Source: Lama glama
Lineage: Eukaryota
Assembly (NCBI GenBank): GCA_028534125.1
Contig: CM052816.1
Location: 39,992,001 to 40,056,000, forward strand
Length of the DNA: 64,000 bases
Reading direction: 5' to 3'
A model generated the notes under the pieces. That model was not told the DNA's origin and searched no databases. It saw nothing but the letters and a program-made list of their open reading frames with translations. This document shows, piece by piece, positions 26,680 through 40,164 of the stretch. Position numbers and translations under genes: made by a program. Positions within the stretch are counted from its first letter, which is position 1, and every line of letters begins with the position of its first letter.

Positions 26680-26775
26680 TAGAGATAATTATGGCAAACA
26701 TATAATTTGATAGAGGTGTTAGTGAACACTACAATGGTAGTCATGTGCAATATGTAAATGTAACAAACAAAAAAG
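26680..26775 (+). mobile_element. L1 3' UTR end fragment
   Basis: tgatagaggtgttagtgaacactacaatggtagtcat, paralogous to 5610-5660. Confidence 0.55.
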
Positions 26776-26899
26776 TAGCTAAGGAAACACACTTAAATAT
26801 TTAACTAATTTATTTTATTTTAATTGTAGCATTTAAAATAACTGTGAGATAGCCACCAGATCTTTGCTGATACTTACTTGTGGTCAGTGTCTGTTAACC

Positions 26900-27150
26900 C
26901 AGTGGTCAAGACCATGGACTTGCGGGTTGACTGTATCCAGGATAGATTCTTAGCTCTCTCTTACAACTGTGTGAACTTTGGCAAATAGCATAACTTCTAC
27001 AATCTCCAGTTTTCTTCTCTTCATGAAAATACTAATAGGAATAGGAATAGTCTTGTGAGAATTTAATCAGTTATATGTATACAAAGGGCTTAGTACAGTT
27101 CCTGGCATTTAAAAAAATATTTTTTAAGTTTTTAATAAAACTATTATTAT
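26900..27150 (+). mobile_element. MIR SINE, near full length
   Basis: agtggtcaagaccatggac...cttacaactgtgtgaactttggcaaatag...cagttttc...gtgagaatttaat...gcttagtacagttcctggcat. Confidence 0.85.
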
Positions 27151-28619
27151 TAGGGTTGTTGTTGTTGCTATTGTTTGGAAAAACTACAGGCATCTAATTT
27201 GATCTTTCTTTGTGGATTATACCAGAATTTAAAAATCTACATAGTCAATATAGATTCATTGACATGATACAACTGTAATTTTTAAGCTAAACTTCCCAGT
27301 TTATTTACAAATTGATTTTAAAATGTTCTTTTTACCAGTAGTATATAAATGACAACTTCCTTATGAAATCTCAAGCATGGGTAAAGCATTAATATGAAAG
27401 TATAAAAAATGACTGTGTCTACTCAGGCAAATCAGTTTGAAACAATGTCAACGAAACAATCTTGTCTTCCACAAAGAATCAGAGATGGGTTTGTAAAGAC
27501 ATCACCCTCATATTGTGTGCAGAGTGTAATTCATTGGAAATAAAAGCAGCTGTTTATCAAATCATGGTGCTATAGCAAAATAGGTTAGAATGGAATATAA
27601 ATATCACCATATCTAATCCAAGCCCAGTAATATTTTAATTGTTATAGTCAGGTGGAATAATGTGGGATAATGCTATAATATTACAACCATGGCTCATCAC
27701 TGCAAGGAAAAGAAAATTACCTTTTTAAAATCCAACAGTGTTCATATTAGTGGCCACAGAAAGTTTTAGTGAAGTATAGTTCCAGAAGAAAAGATTCCTA
27801 TGCAGAACCACAAGGGTCATTTATCCACTGAATTACATTAAAATATACAAGATAGATACCATCTTCTAGACGGTAGAAAGGTGTGTTTTCATCACCACAA
27901 GTTTCATTAATGTCAATTATTGGATAATAGGTTGATAGTGATAACAGGATATTTGATCTAAATCTGGAAAACTCAAGGACAATGGATAGAATCAGATCCC
28001 CAAGGTCAATATCTTTGTAAAGTGTCTTATTTTTGAAATGAATTCAGTGGTTTCAAGACAAGAAAATGTTGCTGAAATTTGAAATACTAATCCACAGCAG
28101 TATAACTCCTCAGGACCTTAAGTTGTAGTTTTTAGATTCACTATTACTATGGTGACTTGAAGATGAAAAAGGAGAGAAAAAATCAAGGAAATGATGATAA
28201 CCTTCAGAGTTCATTAATTTTCAAAATATTGCTATCAAGGCTTCTTTAGCAGACAAAAGAAAATAGAAATGATTTTAAAAAGAGGAAATAGAAATTGATA
28301 CAGGAGAGTAACCTGAGCAGAAAGTGAGTGTTACGTGACTGAGTTGGTCACATTTAAGAGCATGAGTTTAAAGTGGACCAGGGGTTCTGATAAAAATCTA
28401 AGGAAGGTAACCATGGTAGAGTTCAAAAGTGGCACAAACTTCTGAGAGAAGCAGTATTTATTTTATAGCTTCCTTTATTCAAATGAAATATGGGTTGAAA
28501 AATCCCCTGACCTCAAGGACAGCCACCAGGGCTCTGTGAAGCATACTGTGAAAATGTATGGAGGGTTAAGGAAACATCAAAATTCAAGCAAACCTATGTC
28601 ACATCTGTGGTACTGGAGG

Positions 28620-28830
28620 CAAAGCTGTTGTGAACGTCAAGCCAGAGCCCTACGAGATCTGTTTCCTTATCTTAGCTTCACTGTGAACAACGTGTCTGAC
28701 CTAAGTGAACTGTTTCTCCATTTGGAAATAAAAGGAGTAGTTGTCGTCTAGTTTGAAAGATTATTGTGAGTCAAGTACTGATCATGTCCATGAAGTACCT
28801 ACCACAGTACTGGAATACAATGGTTGTTCC
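28620..28830 (+). mobile_element. MIR SINE fragment
   Basis: ctgtttctccatttggaaataaaagg...ttattgtgag..tcaagt...catgtccatgaagtacct. Confidence 0.6.
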
Positions 28831-29470
28831 AAAAAATGGTAACTTTTGTTATTACATCTGTGTTTAAGCCTCACAAAGTACACATTGTTTTTGAAGTCGT
28901 AGTTTAGTGAATAAAGTTCATTGCCTATTTTTGGTAAGGATGTACAAGCTGCATGTCTACATATACACACGTACTAGACATAAATCATACATATAAGTAC
29001 GTACATATACACAGAATGTAGATCTATGCTGGGAAACTTGTTCATTCACAGTATCCTAAGACTGAGTCCATTCATCAATAATTGCTAAAATATTATCTCC
29101 ATGTAATTATTCACTTATGACCATTTATGCACAGCCTTCTTGTCCTTCACTCTTCCAGCCTGAGCTATGTAGGCAAAATAGACGCTTCTAAGCGTCGTTT
29201 TTCCCAGCATGTTTTCAGAGGACTCAAGTTAAATAATATGAAAAGGTCTAAAGAGTTCGAGTTATTTAACTCATAACCTGTTTAGAAAATGTCAAGTATG
29301 AATAATTTTTCAACTTACAGTGCTCTTTTGCTTGTATCCTATTATCATTGAAGCATTAAAAGTTTTGAGCATTTTATATGTAAAGAGTGATATGTTATGT
29401 ACAAAGTGATGCATTTAAGTTTCTGATTGCATTTCTAAACTGCCCCAAAGAAGGAAGATTGCAACAGATG

Positions 29471-30020
29471 TGTTACCCCAAAGGGGGAAGGCCTTGGTCC
29501 TTGTCTTGCCCCAAAGAGAAGAACCAGACAGGAGACAAAAGCATTGTGTAGCAAAAGATTATAAAAATTTTATTAGCAAAGCAAAAGTACACCTCCAAGA
29601 GCAGAACCAGGCTGACCCAAGAGAGGATACCAGCACCAGTCTTTCTTTGTCCCTTCTGTCTTATACCCTCACTTAGAGGCAGTCTCTTGATTGATTGATG
29701 GCTCTTGCCATCAATGCTTAGACATGCCCATCCCTTTTTGTGCATGTCCTTACCCATGATGCACACAGAAAAGACCACGGGGAGGAGGGCCTAAACCTCA
29801 ATGCTACTTATATTACAATGAGCATTGGGCCGTGTTAAGTCAGGACCTTGTCCCTACCACACAGTCAAGGCTGTCCAGTTCCAAACAGTCTCTTGCTGGC
29901 GCTCATTTAGAGGAGGTAAAGCCCCTTATGCTGAAAGCGGGCACATTGACATCTTCTGGACCACCCTCCCTCTCCTCCACTTTATCTGCCCGGTGCCCCC
30001 ACTTATCTAACTGCCCAACA
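29471..30020 (-). mobile_element. solo ERV LTR
   Basis: tgttac...ccaaca ends. Minus-strand AATAAA (~29570) and TATAA (~29661). GC-richer than the flanks. TSD not clean. Confidence 0.8.
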
Positions 30021-31151
30021 GAAAGAAACCTGTTGATGGGAAGGTAAACTGTCCCTAACAGAAAGCAGAAAATCTAATTTCTCAAAATTACCCTAAATCC
30101 ACCATGACCACTTAGCTTGTCTATACCACATAGCAGAGTTCTGATGTTTCAAAACCAAACATTTAATAATCATCAGTTTCCCCCTCAGATGATTTTCAAC
30201 TCTTAAGCTGTAAACCCAGTAGAAATCCCCCATCTTTCCTGTACTGTTCCATCATGCCCTCGAATGAGGCATGATATTATTTATCAAACTTTGATACAGG
30301 TACAGAATCTATACACAGCAAATCTAGTAACCCTAGCGCAGAATTAAATGAGTTATTTGCCTGGTTTATTCTTAGTGAAATGATCCTAGTGATCATCTTC
30401 TTTTTCTATGTTAACTCTTAATATGCCACACTAACGTGTTTCCATGTGAATTAAAGTAACGCTGAGAAAAGCATAGTTTCTGGGACATACCTAAACCCCT
30501 GAGGTACAGACATTGGCTCCATCTTTCCTTTTGGCAACTGTCAATCTCCATGAGTTCTCAAATATTATTTACAGTGACCTTTGGCTATGATAGATTCACT
30601 AATCTCCCTTCCCAGTGTAAGCAACAACAAAATAGACAAATGAAACAATGTTTTTAGACGTTGTACATCAGATAGAGGAAAGAAAAGCAGGAAGGAAATA
30701 ATAAGGAACTGAGCAGAAAAAAATGAAAGAGTATATAGGGAAAATTCAAAGAGACCGATATTGATCTTTTAAAAATAGCTATAAAGTTGATAAATGTCTA
30801 GCTAGATTGATCAAGGAAAAAAGAATATAAATCAACAACAAAATAAATGAATGAGGAGACAGCACTGTAGATTCCACAAACATCAGAATTTTAAAGAAAT
30901 TTTATGAACAACTGGATTCCAACCAATTGGACAAAATTTGAGAATTCTTGAAAAACACAATTGCCAAAACAGACACAAGACATAGAAAACAAGAATGAGG
31001 CCAGGTATGTTTAAAAAATAAATTCAGAGTATAAAAACCTTCCTGCTTCGACATTTTTCAGGCCCAGATGGCTTCATTGGTAAATCATAGAAAATAATAC
31101 CAGTTCTGCACAAATTATTTCAGATAACAGAAGAGGAAGGATTACTTCCTC

Positions 31152-31710
31152 AGTAACTAAACAGCGTTGAATAATCAAAAAGACTACTGAGATTTCACAG
31201 TCATGTACGGTTTTAATAAGGGTAATAGGTAAACGGGAGAAAGAAATCACAGGCAAACTTCAGAATGGTCCTAGACTTACAGGAGCAGCTCCCTTGGTCC
31301 TTTCTCAGTTATACAAGACAACTTCATCGTCAGATTGTGAACCGCCAGGTATGTATGAAACACCTTAGTTTAAAGGGATCCATAGTCTCATCCAAAGAGA
31401 ACTTTTTTATACTCTTCTGGTCACATAACTAAAACCAGGCTTTATGATGAGGCTCAACAGCAGGAAGCAAGAATATGTAAAATGTTACCGTTCAGTTAAA
31501 TACCAGTCAGCAAATTACCAATCAGTTAAATGCTGATAAAAAGGTAAATTGTCCCTGATCTACTTCATACCCTAATACAGGATTGTATTAATCACTTAAT
31601 AGCACATTTCTTTCAAGTTTAATCAAGGGTTAGCATTATGACTTCAGGTTACCCGGGAGATAAGCACAAGGTTGCAGCAGGCAAGCTGAGATCAACTGTG
31701 TTTGCTTACA
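31152..31710 (-). mobile_element. LTR-like insertion nested in L1 ORF2
   Basis: Interrupts the L1 motif gattacttcct|aactcat..gaggccagcatc. Ends are imperfect inverted repeats (agtaactaaacagcgttga / tcaactgtgtttgcttaca). Minus-strand TATAAAA at ~31405. Confidence 0.7.
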
Positions 31711-33349
31711 GCTTGCTAACTCATGGTAGGAGGCCAGCATCACCCTGATACCGTAACTAGATAAATATATTACAAGGAAAAACAACTGCATGCCAATATC
31801 CTTCATGAACATGGATGCAAAAATCATTAGCAAAATTTTATCCAGTTTAGTCCAGCAAAGTGTAATCAATATAAAAAATCAGAACCAAGTAACAGAACCT
31901 AGAAATTCAAGGTTAATACGACATTTGAAAAGAAATGAATGCAATTTGCTATAGAAACAGCATAAAAGAAAATAATAAATGATTTCAATTTTTGATCAAA
32001 ACGATATCTTAATATACAGGGAAATAATCTATAAAGATTTATATATCTGAATAGGTGCATAGAAATAATTTGAGAAAATTCAATACCAGTTTATGGAAAC
32101 AAAACAGAAATCTCAGAAAACTAGAAATAGAAGGGAATTTCTTCATTCTAATTAAGGACATCTAAGAAAAATCTAGGTAGAGCATCATACTTACTGGTAA
32201 AATAATAAATACTTTCCATCTATGATCAGAAAAAAAGGCAACATTATCTATTCTCACTGCTTTTTTTTAATAATATACAAGAGACCAATTGTAATAAGCA
32301 AGAAAAATTCTTTCATTTTGGAAAAAAGAAATATAATTATTTTTATTTATGTTGAAAATCTTAACACATCTATTTAGAAACTTACTAGAACTAATAAATG
32401 AGTTCAACAGTGTCACAGAATATAATAGAAGACCAGTTTATGAAACTCAGCTGTTTTTCTATGCACTAGCAGCGAATATTTAGAAAGTGAGATTTACAAA
32501 ACACAGTTTATAGCAGCATCAGAAATACGAAGCACTTGAGCCTATATTTCACAAGATACATGAAAGCCCACTGTAAAATGTGGCTGACAGAGTTTCTTAA
32601 ATGACTAAATTAATGGAGAGTGTAACATGCTTATGTATTGTAGGATCTGAACTGTTAATCCTCTCCAAATTTTTCAACAGATATAAGGCAATTCCAGCCC
32701 AACTCTTGGCTGGTGCTCTGTGAAAATGACAAGCCTGCACCTCAGATTTATACGTAAATGCAGAGTATGTAGTATACCTAAAACAGTTTGATAAAGTAGA
32801 AAATATTCGTACAATTCAAACCACTTGATTTCGGGATAAAGCTTCAGTAATCAAGATAGTGTGATATTAGGCATGGTAGGCATCGAGATCAATGGTATGG
32901 AGCAGAGTCCAAAAATAGCCCCCCAAATTTAAGAAGTGCTGATTTTCAGCAAGTGCCTGTCAAAGTAATTCAGTGAGTGAAATGAATGATGGAATAAACT
33001 GTTATCTATATGGGAAAAATGACCTCAATTCTGAAAAAAAATACATTTGTAATAATATTTACAAGTATTAACAGATAACGGGCATAAATCTCAAGTTTTA
33101 GAAAAAAAACTGTAGGAGAAAATCTTCATGAGCTGGATGTAGGCAAATATGGAGTTCTTGTCTAGTAATGGAACAGTTCTGTATCTTGATTTGGTGGTAA
33201 ATCTATATATGTGAAAATATTTCAAAGAAACACACACAAATGAGTGCCTGTAAAAACGTGAAATTTCAGTAAGGTCTGCTGTGTAGTTAGCAGTAGTGCA
33301 ACAATGTTAGTTTCTTGATGTTGATGAAGTTCTATTATTAGGTAGGATG

Positions 33350-33688
33350 TGTTAAAGTCATTAAAGAAAGAGTATTAGACTGAGGTGGTTCTGATGCCTT
33401 CAAAGTCTATATGAGAAAACTGAACCCTAAGCCAGAGTCAGTGCAGTCATACCCAGGAAAACAAAATTGAAAAACAACCAATCAAACGGCCAACTAGCCT
33501 TTCCCAAATGAGGTACCTTTTTGAAAGCTAAATCTGATCAAATAATTTCCTTACTTTGCTTTCCTATCTGCTATATAAAACCTCTCCCAGCTCCTGCCAC
33601 TGACATTTTGGTGCTGGTCAGGTCCAAACAGATGTATGCTCACGTAAACTCTTGAAAAGTTTAATGTACCTCAGTTTATCGTTTAACG
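33350..33688 (+). mobile_element. ERV1 solo LTR (MER34-like) nested in L1 3' UTR
   Basis: tgttaaag...tttaac ends; TATA ctatataaaa at ~33571; near-TSD gatg/gagg; L1 3' UTR resumes afterwards. Confidence 0.75.
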
Positions 33689-34356
33689 GAGGCTACACTG
33701 GGAGAAGCTGGGTGAAGGGTGTGTGAAACTTCTCTGGGCTATGGTTACAACTTCTTGTGTGTCTATAGTTATTTCAAAAAACAAAAGTTAAAACAGGAAC
33801 ATCTTGTCGCTGTAACTGCCCATTCCTCCTGTTTGGTCTTGTAAAACAATGGGCAGTCTTTCTGTTTTGAAGATCATACTGTCCACATCAGATTTTGGAC
33901 TTGAAAGGAGGCAGGGTTTGCAGCAGTTCCTGTTATTCTTGCCCATCATAAGTTTGCAATACTTACGCATGATGTAAAATACCGTTAGAGAAAAGGAGAA
34001 TGGATTCAGAGAACTCTTGTATAGAGCAAAGATACTATCAAACACCAAAATATCAGCAATACTACCTTTTCCGTTTTCTATTTTCTTCAGTCACTTTTTT
34101 TCTTGAACTGTAAAATTACTTACAGATGTGCATTTTAAGTGTAGAGTAAAAGAGAGTAACTGTTAGAATACGAATGGTTTATTTTAATATCAAGTATTTT
34201 TTACTTCAGAAATCAGAGCCCATTTTTAACATCTGGGTTGCAAGTGCAATAAATGCCCTTTAATTATAAAGGAATTGAATATCACCATCTCTATCAAGAT
34301 AAGAAATGGCATCTAAAAAAGCGATGCATTTTATAGCATTTAAAAGGTATGTTGCA

Positions 34357-34441
34357 GGGTGGGGTATAGCTCAGTCGTAGAGTGCATGCTTAGCATGCAT
34401 GAGATCCTGAGTTCAATCCCCAGTACCTCCAATAAAAAAAA
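34357..34441 (+). mobile_element. tRNA-Ala-derived SINE (Vic-1 type), short form
   Basis: ggggtatagctcagtcgtagagtgcatgcttagcatgcatgagatcctgagttcaatccccagtacctcc plus A tail. Degenerate TSD aaaaggtatgtt / aaaagatacgtt. Confidence 0.92.
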
Positions 34442-34989
34442 GATACGTTAAGTAAGATTTCCTAGATAATACCAAGTGTGACTGTGTATTTTTTTCATTT
34501 TGTTCTTTTGCTGTACACTGAACTTTTTAGATGGAGAAGGGAATGACAATGACTTGACTTTTCCATAATCTGTTCTGTGTCTTTGCAACTTAGGATTTTA
34601 AATGTGCCCAAAAAGGTCAGCCGGCCCTAGCTGTTGTGAATCACATTTATATTTATGCTTAGTTGCTAAGTGGCCTCTTTGAGTTTATACCTGATATTAT
34701 GTTTTTAATGGCTTATTAACTATGTTCAATTATGGAATAGACTGTTATTTTTATTATAAATTTAAAGTTTTACCTTTTATTCAGTGAAAACTCTGTCTCC
34801 TTAGACATAGACTAGGTGGTCTTATGTGTTTGCCTTTTATGTTTACACTAATCTTTATATGGGCTAAAATTTTTTTTTAAATCCTTTGGAGGAAATCCTG
34901 TGATCTAAAGACTGACTTTTTTTTTTTTTTTGCAAGTTTAATGGAGTTAAGTGAGTGCCTACCTAAATAAAAATAGTTCCACACAGTGA

Positions 34990-35141
34990 GGTGGGGGCTT
35001 TAGCTCAGTAGTAAAGTGCACGCTTTGCGTGCACAAGGTCCTGGGTTCAATCCCCAGTACCTCTGTTAAAAATTAAATAAATAAATAAAAGAAAATAAAT
35101 AAAAACATAACTATCTTCACTCCCCCCACCCCCAAAAAAAA
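34990..35141 (+). mobile_element. tRNA-Ala-derived SINE (Vic-1 type), long form
   Basis: tagctcagtagtaaagtgcacgctttgcgtgcacaaggtcctgggttcaatccccagtacctc, then (TAAA)n, a C-rich segment and an A tail. Loose TSD ttccaca. Confidence 0.9.
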
Positions 35142-38100
35142 CTTCCACAGGACACTGTAATGAACAACAGTGGATATGCTATGCTGCTATTGTCCTACAT
35201 GTGAGCCAGTGGGAGCAATGTCAACAGCCTAATAAGCATGTGAGACCTGAAAGTGATTATTTTCATACCAAAGATTTTTATCTATGGCATGTATATTTTA
35301 ACAACCTAACATTTACTTTTAGTTCTGGATCAACCAATGATAGAATGTGCATGGTGGATTATTTTTTTTAATTTTTATTTTCAGCTGCCTAATTTTATTT
35401 TCTTCACTGTAGATAGATAAGGAACAAATTCAATAAAAGAGATGATAATCACAAAAGAAGCAGAGAGGACACACCCAAATATCCCTGGAGCAAATTCTAT
35501 GTTGAATAAGATAATATATTTGAATGTGATGCTTGATTTAAAAACCTTTCATAGGAAGCTTATAGTATTCTTTAAAATATTATCTCTCTTTTTCTCAAAA
35601 ACATACCTACATGAAAAACACTGACATCCATACTAAGACTCTTAGTTAGAATACTAATTATTTGTGGGTTCTTTATACAACTGCTTCATACTCTTCAACA
35701 TCTGTGCCTTGGTCTATAAAAGGACTACAGTGAATGGAACACACCACATGCAAGGAATTGATACAGTACTTTTCTACTTCTGTCTCTAAGACAAATCAAC
35801 TACAGGTCTCAGGAGAGTAATTTAAAATTCCTACTTTGCTATGATTTCTTGACAGAGTGCTTTTGGTGGTGGAATTTGGGAGTGGGGTACAGGAAGCTCG
35901 TAAATTAAGGAATATTATATTAATCTATTTTCTTTGAAAAGGGTATTGTTGAAAAGTGAAACAATGCAAAATGTCTTCTTCATAAAGTATAAGATGAAAC
36001 TTTAGAATGGAAGTTATCCTGGGAAATAAAATTTTGAGTAAAATTATAATTAAATTGTACAAAAAATTGATAAATTTGAATAGTAAAAGCAAAATAAATA
36101 TATTACTATTCATCTAAATTTTGAATTAATGTAATAACAATAAAAGCTGTGTAAAATTATCCAACCATCATTAAAATGTATTTTATAATAATTATGTTTA
36201 AATTTAAAATTATATTCAATATTAGTGCAATAAGAACAGAACTTTGGGACATTCCTTCCATCTGACCTTTGTACCAGTATACACCATGTATACATCATTA
36301 AGATTGTCCCTCTACAGTACAGTATTAGCTGTAGATTTAGGAAGTTACAGAATTAACTTCATTAATTATCCTAATAATTTAAAATTGCATCTTGCACCTG
36401 ACACATCCTAAAGTTTTCATTGGTTGATGATTTAGACTAGCCAAACTCAAATATCGAGTTAGCTCTCTTTGGTTGGAAACTTGGAGAATTAAAGCTCTTT
36501 TAAGTGTAAACAGAATGGTAAAATTCTTTGAAGTTTCATAAAAATATTAAGCATCTTTCTACTTATGCATATATCCACACTGCCTTTATAGAACTTTTTT
36601 TAATGGCTTATTAATTATGTACAAAACTGCTCAACTAAAATCGAGCAGAAAACATTTAAACACTTTTTATCTTATCTTTCTCATGTGAGTACTTCTAACC
36701 TCACTGGAAAATTGTAGAACTTGTTCTCCAGGGCTCAGCTGTACTACACTATTAACAAAATCTGAAGCCATATGTTTTTATTGGGAGGATACTGTTTGTT
36801 TTTATTAGAACTCTAACAGTGATCTTGCAATATAGTGTTGATTCTTCTAACATCATAGAATTTGTGGGGTGTGCTTTTGTGTAGATTTGTCCCTCTACAC
36901 AGCCAGGAAAAAAAAGAATTGATTTAACAGTAAAATTAACGTGAACTATTCCTTAGAGAATTTATATTGAGTCTTGCAGACCCCCGGTGACCATTTAGTC
37001 ACGTAATAGTGTTATTTACTGAGAGTAATTCAGTGACTTAAAAGAGTCTGCTGAACTATAATCAATAACTCTGCAAGTGAATACATGTGTATTTGTGTGT
37101 TTATTTCTTTTGGTTGGTAAAAACAAAAAATAAAAAACAGAAAAAGTGTTAACTAAAATTGATATATTTAGATGTTTACAGGTTATACCAACCAAACAAC
37201 CGAAATTGAAAAAAACTATCTTAAACAGTTAATTATGATTTATTTGTGTACATTTTCCCGAAGAGAGACAGTTCTGCTTCTCAGCCAGTTGCCTCAGTAC
37301 ACCTAGAATGCCTGAACTATCTTCCCGTAATAACTTTCTCAGATTTTTTTTTTAATGTTCACGGTAAGCATTTTGCACTAATGGTACAAAATGGCAAAAT
37401 CTGAACTGGGCAGGGCAAAGGAACTGCATTCACAGTTCACAACAACTCCGCAGACTACCACTCCACCTCCCTATTTATCTCTGTCACTGAAATTCAGAAA
37501 CTGCTGTGTTGGTTAAGAAAGGCCAAGAAGAATTATCTACTGATGTATATTATCTGTACCGGTAATAAGCTGAGAAATAACACCACAAAAAGCTTAGATA
37601 AGTCAAAGAAGGCTAGATATCTTTTCTCAGTAATGAATAATCTATAAGTTCACATCCTTCTGAATAATGGCTGCTTACCAAGCAATACAGCCACAGTCAC
37701 TGAGCCCAGCACGCACCAGCCCTCAGACAGGATCTAATTGGAGAGAGCTTTTGGCTAGCTTCTTCCACTAATTCTCCGCATTTCATAGACTGTGCTGAAA
37801 ATAAACACACAGCATAGAAAAGCAATCACAAATGCAATCAGAAATAATTTTATTGTTACTCAAGGTAGCATGACCCTATGTTCTGGCTTACTGGTTTTCA
37901 CTTGTTATTCCAAAATCCCATCTTTTTTACTAACTTTTGTCCTAAACAAATGTAGCATAATTTAGCCACCTACCCAAAACACCAAACAGTATTTGGAAAT
38001 ATTTTAGTTTCCTTTGAATATGTTGACATTTTCTCAAATGTATGGAGAGAAACCATATAGTTTTATATTTAAACATACCAAACAGATATCACACATCCAA

Positions 38101-38364
38101 AGGAGTGATTGCTCAAAATTACCATTTTGTAAGAGTGTGTTGGTAGTGGGATTCAGGTCAAATGATGGACTAAATACGTACTAAACTGTCTGTTGCACAA
38201 AACTTATGACTGTCCTTTATGTTTATCCTTTCCTACAAATACCCCCAAAAAGTAACCATAAAAGTAAAAATAAGTATTATAATATTAAAAATGAAGTATT
38301 TCTCACTAACTAGGACATAAGTAAAGCTAACAAGTATGTGAAGAGATTATCAAATGATAAGTAC

Positions 38365-38396
38365 ACTTGTCTGAAAGTTTACTTGTCTGAAAGTTT
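38365..38396 (+). repeat. perfect 16-bp tandem duplication
   Basis: acttgtctgaaagttt x2. Confidence 0.95.
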
Positions 38397-39579
38397 CCAA
38401 CAAAGGGTATCCACTTAAGAGAAAGAAAGCATCTAATAGAGCTCGACTTATTTAAAGAAAACAACATATTATTTATTCATAGATATTGCCCACTCCAAGA
38501 AACTATTTGTAAATTGAAAGTAAACTGTTTTGGTAAGAATTGGGTACATTGTGTACTTGGGAAGAATAAAACAATAACCAAAATTTAATAATCTCATTGT
38601 TAGTCTGTATGAAGAAAGAATGAGAAATGTAGTTTTGAATTTAAGAGCAGGATGTGACATTTGTCTCTGTGGTCACCTGGAAGAATTGATACTCTGAGCA
38701 ACATCCCTATTGAAAGATAGGTCTATCCCTTCAGTGATGATGGGACCATCAAACCATCATGGCTTGGTGGCGGTAGCCATTAAGATCAAACCATTATCTT
38801 TATTTGCTCTATTTCCACACTCACCCTGGGTTTAAATTTCCCCTGTAGCTTTACCAACCAATTTTCGATGTTATCTGGTCTTATGAGTTGAGTTAGGATT
38901 TTGTGCTTCTAAAACTTATCAGATATGCATGTCATGTCAAGATTCACCAAAGTGGCTTGACTGGGCAGTATACAGCCCATTCTAAGCCCATACTAAGTAG
39001 TGAGCATGACGCCGTCCCTTTTTGTGTGTAAATATACAGAACCTTGACTTTTCCTTCTATTATAAAATAATAATGATAGCAAAACATTCAAACAATACAG
39101 AAAGAAATAAATAAGAAAAGCGTAAGTACCATCAAAACATAGTGACCATTAATTTCTGAGTATATAAACCTTCAGATACATATCAACTCATACTAAAAAA
39201 TGTATACACTCCAGGTATTTGTCAGACCTACTAGCTGTTAGTTCTTCCTAAAGCAAAATATTAATAAATTTGCATGGCCTTTTAAATAGCTACATAACAT
39301 TTCCTTTTATAAAAATTCTTGACATGAAAAAAGTAATTGAATTTGAAATTTTTAGTTTTGGGGATTTTTTTAAATTTGAGTTTAAAGCTTTTCGTGGATT
39401 GTGTCAGAATTATAATTATTAAAACTTTGTACTTAGCTTAAAATTATGCATGTTTAAATGCTCCTTGAAGGAAGACTTCATGCTTTGAAATTAGCATATG
39501 TCTTTATAGAGACTGCTTCCATACTTTGTTTGAAAAAAGAAAAATGACGTACATAATGATAATATTTCTTTTAAAATAT

Positions 39580-40160
39580 GTCTAGAGGAACAACAAACAA
39601 ACAAAAAACACATGCACACACCAATTTGTCATCTTGTACTTTTAGAGGTCAGAAGTCTGGGAAGGTTCTCAGCAGGCTAGAATCAGTGTCAACAGGGCTG
39701 AATTCCTGGAAGCTCTAGGGGATACCTTTCCTTGTTTATTTAGGTTGTTGGCAGAAGTCAGTCCCTGGCCATTGTAGAACTGAAGTCCTTCTTTCCTCGC
39801 TGGCTGTGAGCTGAGAGTCATTCCCAGGTTTCACAAGCCACCAGCATTCCTTAACGCATAGTCCCCTCCATCTTTAAAACTGGCCACAGTGGGTTGAGTC
39901 CTTCTTGGGCTTCAGTGTCTCTTGCCTCTTCTTCCACCGTCATGACATCTCTCTAACTCTTCTAGTTTCCTCTTCGACTTTTATGGAGCCTGTGATTACA
40001 TGAAACCTACCAGGGTTACCCCGGATAATCTCTCTGTTTTAAGGACAGCAGGTTAACAACCTGAATTCTGTTCTGCAACTTTAATTACCCTTTAGCCTTT
40101 TAAGTTGTCATTGGTATGATACTAGGTGTGACAATCATGGAGGCGGAAACCCTGCCTCCA
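39580..40160 (-). mobile_element. MaLR MLT1-family LTR
   Basis: agaggtcagaagtc...cagggctg..ttcctggaagctctagggga...tgtgattaca...ggataatctctct, the reverse MLT1 motif series. Confidence 0.85.
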
Positions 40161-40164
40161 CGCC

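Larger units (their letters stand above)
30680..33790 (+). mobile_element. old L1 (L1MC/ME-like): decayed ORF2 and 3' UTR, interrupted by two LTRs
   Basis: Typical ORF2 motifs (aggcccagatggcttcattggtaaatc; gaggccagcatcaccctgatacc; gatgcaaaaatc; ttactagaactaataaatgagttca). 3' UTR gctgggtgaagggtg...ttatttcaaaaa. Confidence 0.9.

Noticed and set aside
29470..30047. Cluster of short ORFs as viral genes
   Set aside because: They fall inside a solo LTR and show no gag, pol or env motifs.
33788..34070. Minus-strand ORF (86 aa) with an internal GTAAGT donor at ~33966 as a coding exon
   Set aside because: No pyrimidine-rich acceptor upstream and no recognisable protein similarity.
34357..34430. Functional tRNA-Ala gene (also 4580-4659 and 34990-35065)
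   Set aside because: A-rich tails, TSD-like flanks, mismatched stems and multiple diverged copies indicate SINEs.
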